DNA of 64,000 nucleotides from Botryllus schlosseri (Eukaryota): positions 2,728,001 through 2,792,000 of the forward strand of contig CM119386.1 of NCBI GenBank assembly GCA_051294905.1. The letters run 5' to 3'. This document shows, one piece after another, positions 61,701 to 64,000 of this stretch. Both the position numbers and the translations under genes were made by a program. The notes under the pieces were generated by a model. It did no database searches and was not told the origin of the DNA. It was given only the letters and a program-made list of their open reading frames with translations. The first letter of the stretch is position 1, and each line of letters opens with the position of its first letter.

Positions 61701-62282
61701 AGCGGAAATCAATAGTCATATTAATATCTAGATTGTGCATGCGGAATATACCACATGACTCTATTTTTATATGCATGGATAAATGGATATATAGTTTTGA
61801 GGCAGCATTGAAGAATTCTTCGCTTCTTTCTCTTGTCGAAGATGTAGCCTAATAAAGGGTGTCCACTATGCAGCCATACGACATTTATGAACTAATTTGA
61901 TTCGTACCAGATGGCTGGGAGGATTGGAGCGCGTGGCAGGGATGCCATAAAACGTGTGGGTCCGGTTTCGACTATAGGAGGCGGAGATGCGTTGAATCCC
62001 TGCCTTCCGAGAAATGCCCTGGTGACGACAGAGACTTCAGGGAATGCAACACTCAGCCTTGCGAGAGCGGTAGGATTTCAATCCCATATCACTTTACCCT
62101 ACATCTCTAACACGTCCTTCGATTAGATTTGGGCGTCTGGGGGCCGTGGAACAACTGGGGAGAGTGTTCGGAGAACTGCGGATCTGGAGTATCGGTACGT
62201 AAACGTGACTGTACTGGTACCGGCGACTGCGAAGGTGACGACGAGGAGACGAAAGCGTGTAACACCGACGATTGCTTGAAAG
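49652..62282 (+). CDS. Secreted multi-thrombospondin type-1 repeat protein (signal peptide + >=13 TSRs; 3' incomplete): join 49652-49718, 49841-49978, 51138-51293, 51811-51951, 52021-52173, 53933-54076, 54647-54808, 56115-56270, 57734-57880, 59493-59642, 60569-60715, 61112-61249, 61911-62069, 62127-62282
   Basis: A signal-peptide exon is followed by 13 phase 1-1 exons, each encoding WxxWxxCxxS/T/NCGxGxxxRxR. The 2014 nt are open without a stop (671 codons). No stop or further exon was recognised before 64000. Confidence 0.92.
49841..49978 (+). CDS. TSR1 exon
   Basis: (Q)KYQPWSVWTKCSVTCGVGTMQRQRRCADGSCIERQTKGCLPKDCE. Confidence 0.88.
51138..51293 (+). CDS. TSR2 exon
   Basis: DAEGSQFKEWESWSSCSKSCGDGVQERQRKCTNDRCLEKQTKSCRIRTCPE. 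Confidence 0.9.
51811..51951 (+). CDS. TSR3 exon
   Basis: IEGWTEWSRCSATCGQGIARRQRRCAVGSCIQRQTKTCSSKTCPGG. Confidence 0.9.
52021..52173 (+). CDS. TSR4 exon
   Basis: GGDTFTAWETWSGCSKTCGEGERRRSRRCRIGTCKENAVQTCSVKPCDGE; alternative in-frame acceptor at 51997. Confidence 0.88.
53933..54076 (+). CDS. TSR5 exon
   Basis: [47 protein letters not shown]. Confidence 0.9.
54647..54808 (+). CDS. TSR6 exon
   Basis: SSSQNKEYEEWGPWEPCSVTCGVGLERRVRQCVVGLCQEVMRKTCLKPSCPGT. Confidence 0.9.
56115..56270 (+). CDS. TSR7 exon
   Basis: REDNFLPWTAWGECSESCGGGERRRSRGCKAPAKCVENQAQTCNVQRCTTS. Confidence 0.9.
57070..57350 (+). pseudogene. Possible decayed THAP-domain sequence (transposon-derived) in a TSR-gene intron
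   Basis: Across frameshifts: YCSASNC..FARRPRD..KRWISNI..SQFWSQDFTNICF..EALLIF, resembling the THAP order CxxxxC..FP..W..CSxHF..AVPTIF. Confidence 0.35.
57734..57880 (+). CDS. TSR8 exon (4-Cys variant)
   Basis: ENRYSQWSAWSKCSASCGSGESKRTRTSVANGPTQQQLKGCVLKPCDR. Confidence 0.9.
59493..59642 (+). CDS. TSR9 exon
   Basis: [49 protein letters not shown]. Confidence 0.9.
   Translation, partial: ETTNIRTGKVGLVAVLLVAPEYPPESARARLERVRTRKQNHARFRNAKL
60569..60715 (+). CDS. TSR10 exon
   Basis: LEDKYGPWQAWSACSKTCGFGISKRQRFCRVGNCNQTSSKTCRLGACP. Confidence 0.9.
61112..61249 (+). CDS. TSR11 exon
   Basis: DYTEWEDWGRCSVTCGPGTATRKRFCTVGVCEEKQQTPCDMPKCA. Confidence 0.9.
61911..62069 (+). CDS. TSR12 exon
   Basis: GWEDWSAWQGCHKTCGSGFDYRRRRCVESLPSEKCPGDDRDFRECNTQPCES. 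Confidence 0.9.
62127..62282 (+). CDS. TSR13 exon
   Basis: LGVWGPWNNWGECSENCGSGVSVRKRDCTGTGDCEGDDEETKACNTDDCLK; preceded by a 57-nt intron. Confidence 0.9.
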
Positions 62283-62891
62283 GTTAGTACCACTGACCTA
62301 CGTGTTTACTTTCAACTTAATGTTTTGGATTTCGTTTAAAATATCGCATTAGTGTTTTGGATGTGCGTGCAATGTGCAGAGCAATTGTTGTCGTCCGAAT
62401 CGACTGTGTGAAAATTCTGTCTTTACTGCCTTTTAACTCGAAATGTATTCCGTAACCAAGATATTATATAGAATTAGTAAAGTCAATGGATGGTCAGCTC
62501 ATTAATAACGCCCAGTAGGCTACATGGGTACATCGTAACGAGTGGATTCTAGAAAAGGCGTGGTGACAATATCAACCATATCTAGATTAATGATAATTAG
62601 CCTCCATGGCTAGCTATATATATGGCTTATAGCGAGTAGTAGGACTCTGACGCTTCTGTAGAACGTATGTAAAACTATAGAATTCTCGTAACATAGCCGA
62701 TGAAAACTTGATATTTGTGACAAAAAAATTCGAATCACACCACACATTATACTATATATACTTCAATGATCTTGAGTCTTGACCATTAAACCGAAAAATA
62801 TACAACCAAATTATGAAATCCAGCGTATATTTGAATGTGCTGATAACGCCCCCCGCTGATTAACTTGCTGGGGGATTTCCAAATGGCTCTC

Positions 62892-63372
62892 TCTGTTCAC
62901 CCCATGAAAGTGTTAGGCTGTCTATAGAAACGATCCTCACCAAATTTGGTTCAATTCCAACCTGTGGATGCGGAGTTATTGCTGTCGAAAAATTTGGATT
63001 CGAATAAAATAGTATTTACGGTGAGCACAACTATAATAAATAAACGAAGAATCGGTCACCGTAAATACTATTTTATTCAAATCCAAATTTTTCGACGGCA
63101 ATATCTCCGCTTCCACTGGTTGGAATCGAACCAAATTTGGTGAGCATCGTTTCTATAGACAGCCTAACACTTTCATGGGGTGAACAGAAAATTTTCAAAT
63201 TTTTTATCATTCATTTTTATATAATAATTAGAAACTTTCTTCTCCTGTAGCAAAGCGGTTACTGGCTGGAATTGAACCAAATTTTGTGTGTAGGCTTAAA
63301 TTAGGTAACCTAACAATTTTATCAAGTAGCCAGTACGATTTGAGAAAAAAAGTCATTTTTGAAGAGCCCTAA
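62892..63372. mobile_element. Second copy of the palindromic MITE family (left outer arm missing) with a near-perfect 297-bp central palindrome
   Basis: Arms 62892-63024 and 63056-63188 (133 bp, about 7 mismatches, 31-nt loop); right part matches about 42990-43179. Confidence 0.88.
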
Positions 63373-64000
63373 TGATCATACTAATCTAATTATTAATTTT
63401 CTAGCGTAGAATTGACCTGACCAACATGATGTTGAAAAAAAAACAAAATTCAAGGATAAAAACCCAGAAACCCAGGTGATGCTCGAAAAACCCAGATCTG
63501 GGTGGAGTAGTGTCCTACATGGTGTGGACAGTGGACACACGGTTCTGGAGATTGGCATTGTGATGCAACAATGCTGTCAGGCTAAACGAGACCGCAGCTC
63601 AAGAGCAGATGAGCGGCTGAGCGGCGAGAGTGAGAGTGCTCACTGCTCAGCTGGCGATGCGGCAATAGGCAATGAGCTTGTGTTTCGAAGTGGAATCGCG
63701 TCGCAGAGAAACGTTGCGCTGTTGACACTTTCTACAGGTGCTTCGGTAGAAGTGAGCACACATTACCAGCCTTGGCTTGTAAGGGTAGAATTGGGTTCAT
63801 AGTGCATTAGGGCCCTACGTTGCGTCACAATGCCAATCTTCATAACAATGAGAAATTCGAGGCTAATTGCGGGGGTTCCAGGACCATGAGCGGAATCAGT
63901 TCATCGGAAGCTTTTGATTCATACCCGTTTTATTAGATTTAATGCTCGGCAAGCCGGTCAAAAATTACCGTTAAATTGCCTTTACCCAAATGGAAAGTGT

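Noticed and set aside
63476-63802. 108-aa ORF as a further TSR-gene exon
   Set aside because: No TSR motif or suitable splice signals; it lies in repeat-like DNA with a 21-bp inverted repeat (about 63549 and 63820) related to about 27795-27815.

Overview
AT-rich metazoan (invertebrate-type) genomic DNA with GT-AG introns; almost all ORF-track entries are non-coding or partial exon frames. Three spliced genes were reconstructed by hand with consistent splice phases. (1) A divergent Gi/o-like G-protein alpha subunit on the minus strand: 8 coding exons, 13766->1029, 332 codons, with the C-terminal alpha5 exon not confidently found. (2) A complete Pur-alpha gene on the minus strand: 7 exons, 44577->34603, 287 aa. 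(3) A secreted protein on the plus strand with a 22-aa signal peptide and at least 13 mostly compact thrombospondin type-1 repeats (TSRs), one per phase 1-1 exon, 49652->62282 and probably continuing beyond the window. The rest is dense with mobile DNA. This includes a very young 4383-bp element with 298-bp TIRs and an 8-bp TSD that carries a 176-bp satellite array, three hAT elements with central-TA 8-bp TSDs, a nested MITE whose empty site is also in the window, a pogo/Tc-like element and palindromic MITEs. There are also CR1/L2-type LINE tails, tRNA-derived SINE heads, and four minimal hammerhead-ribozyme-like motifs in Penelope-like remnants. The species cannot be determined from the sequence; an invertebrate deuterostome such as a tunicate is only a guess.
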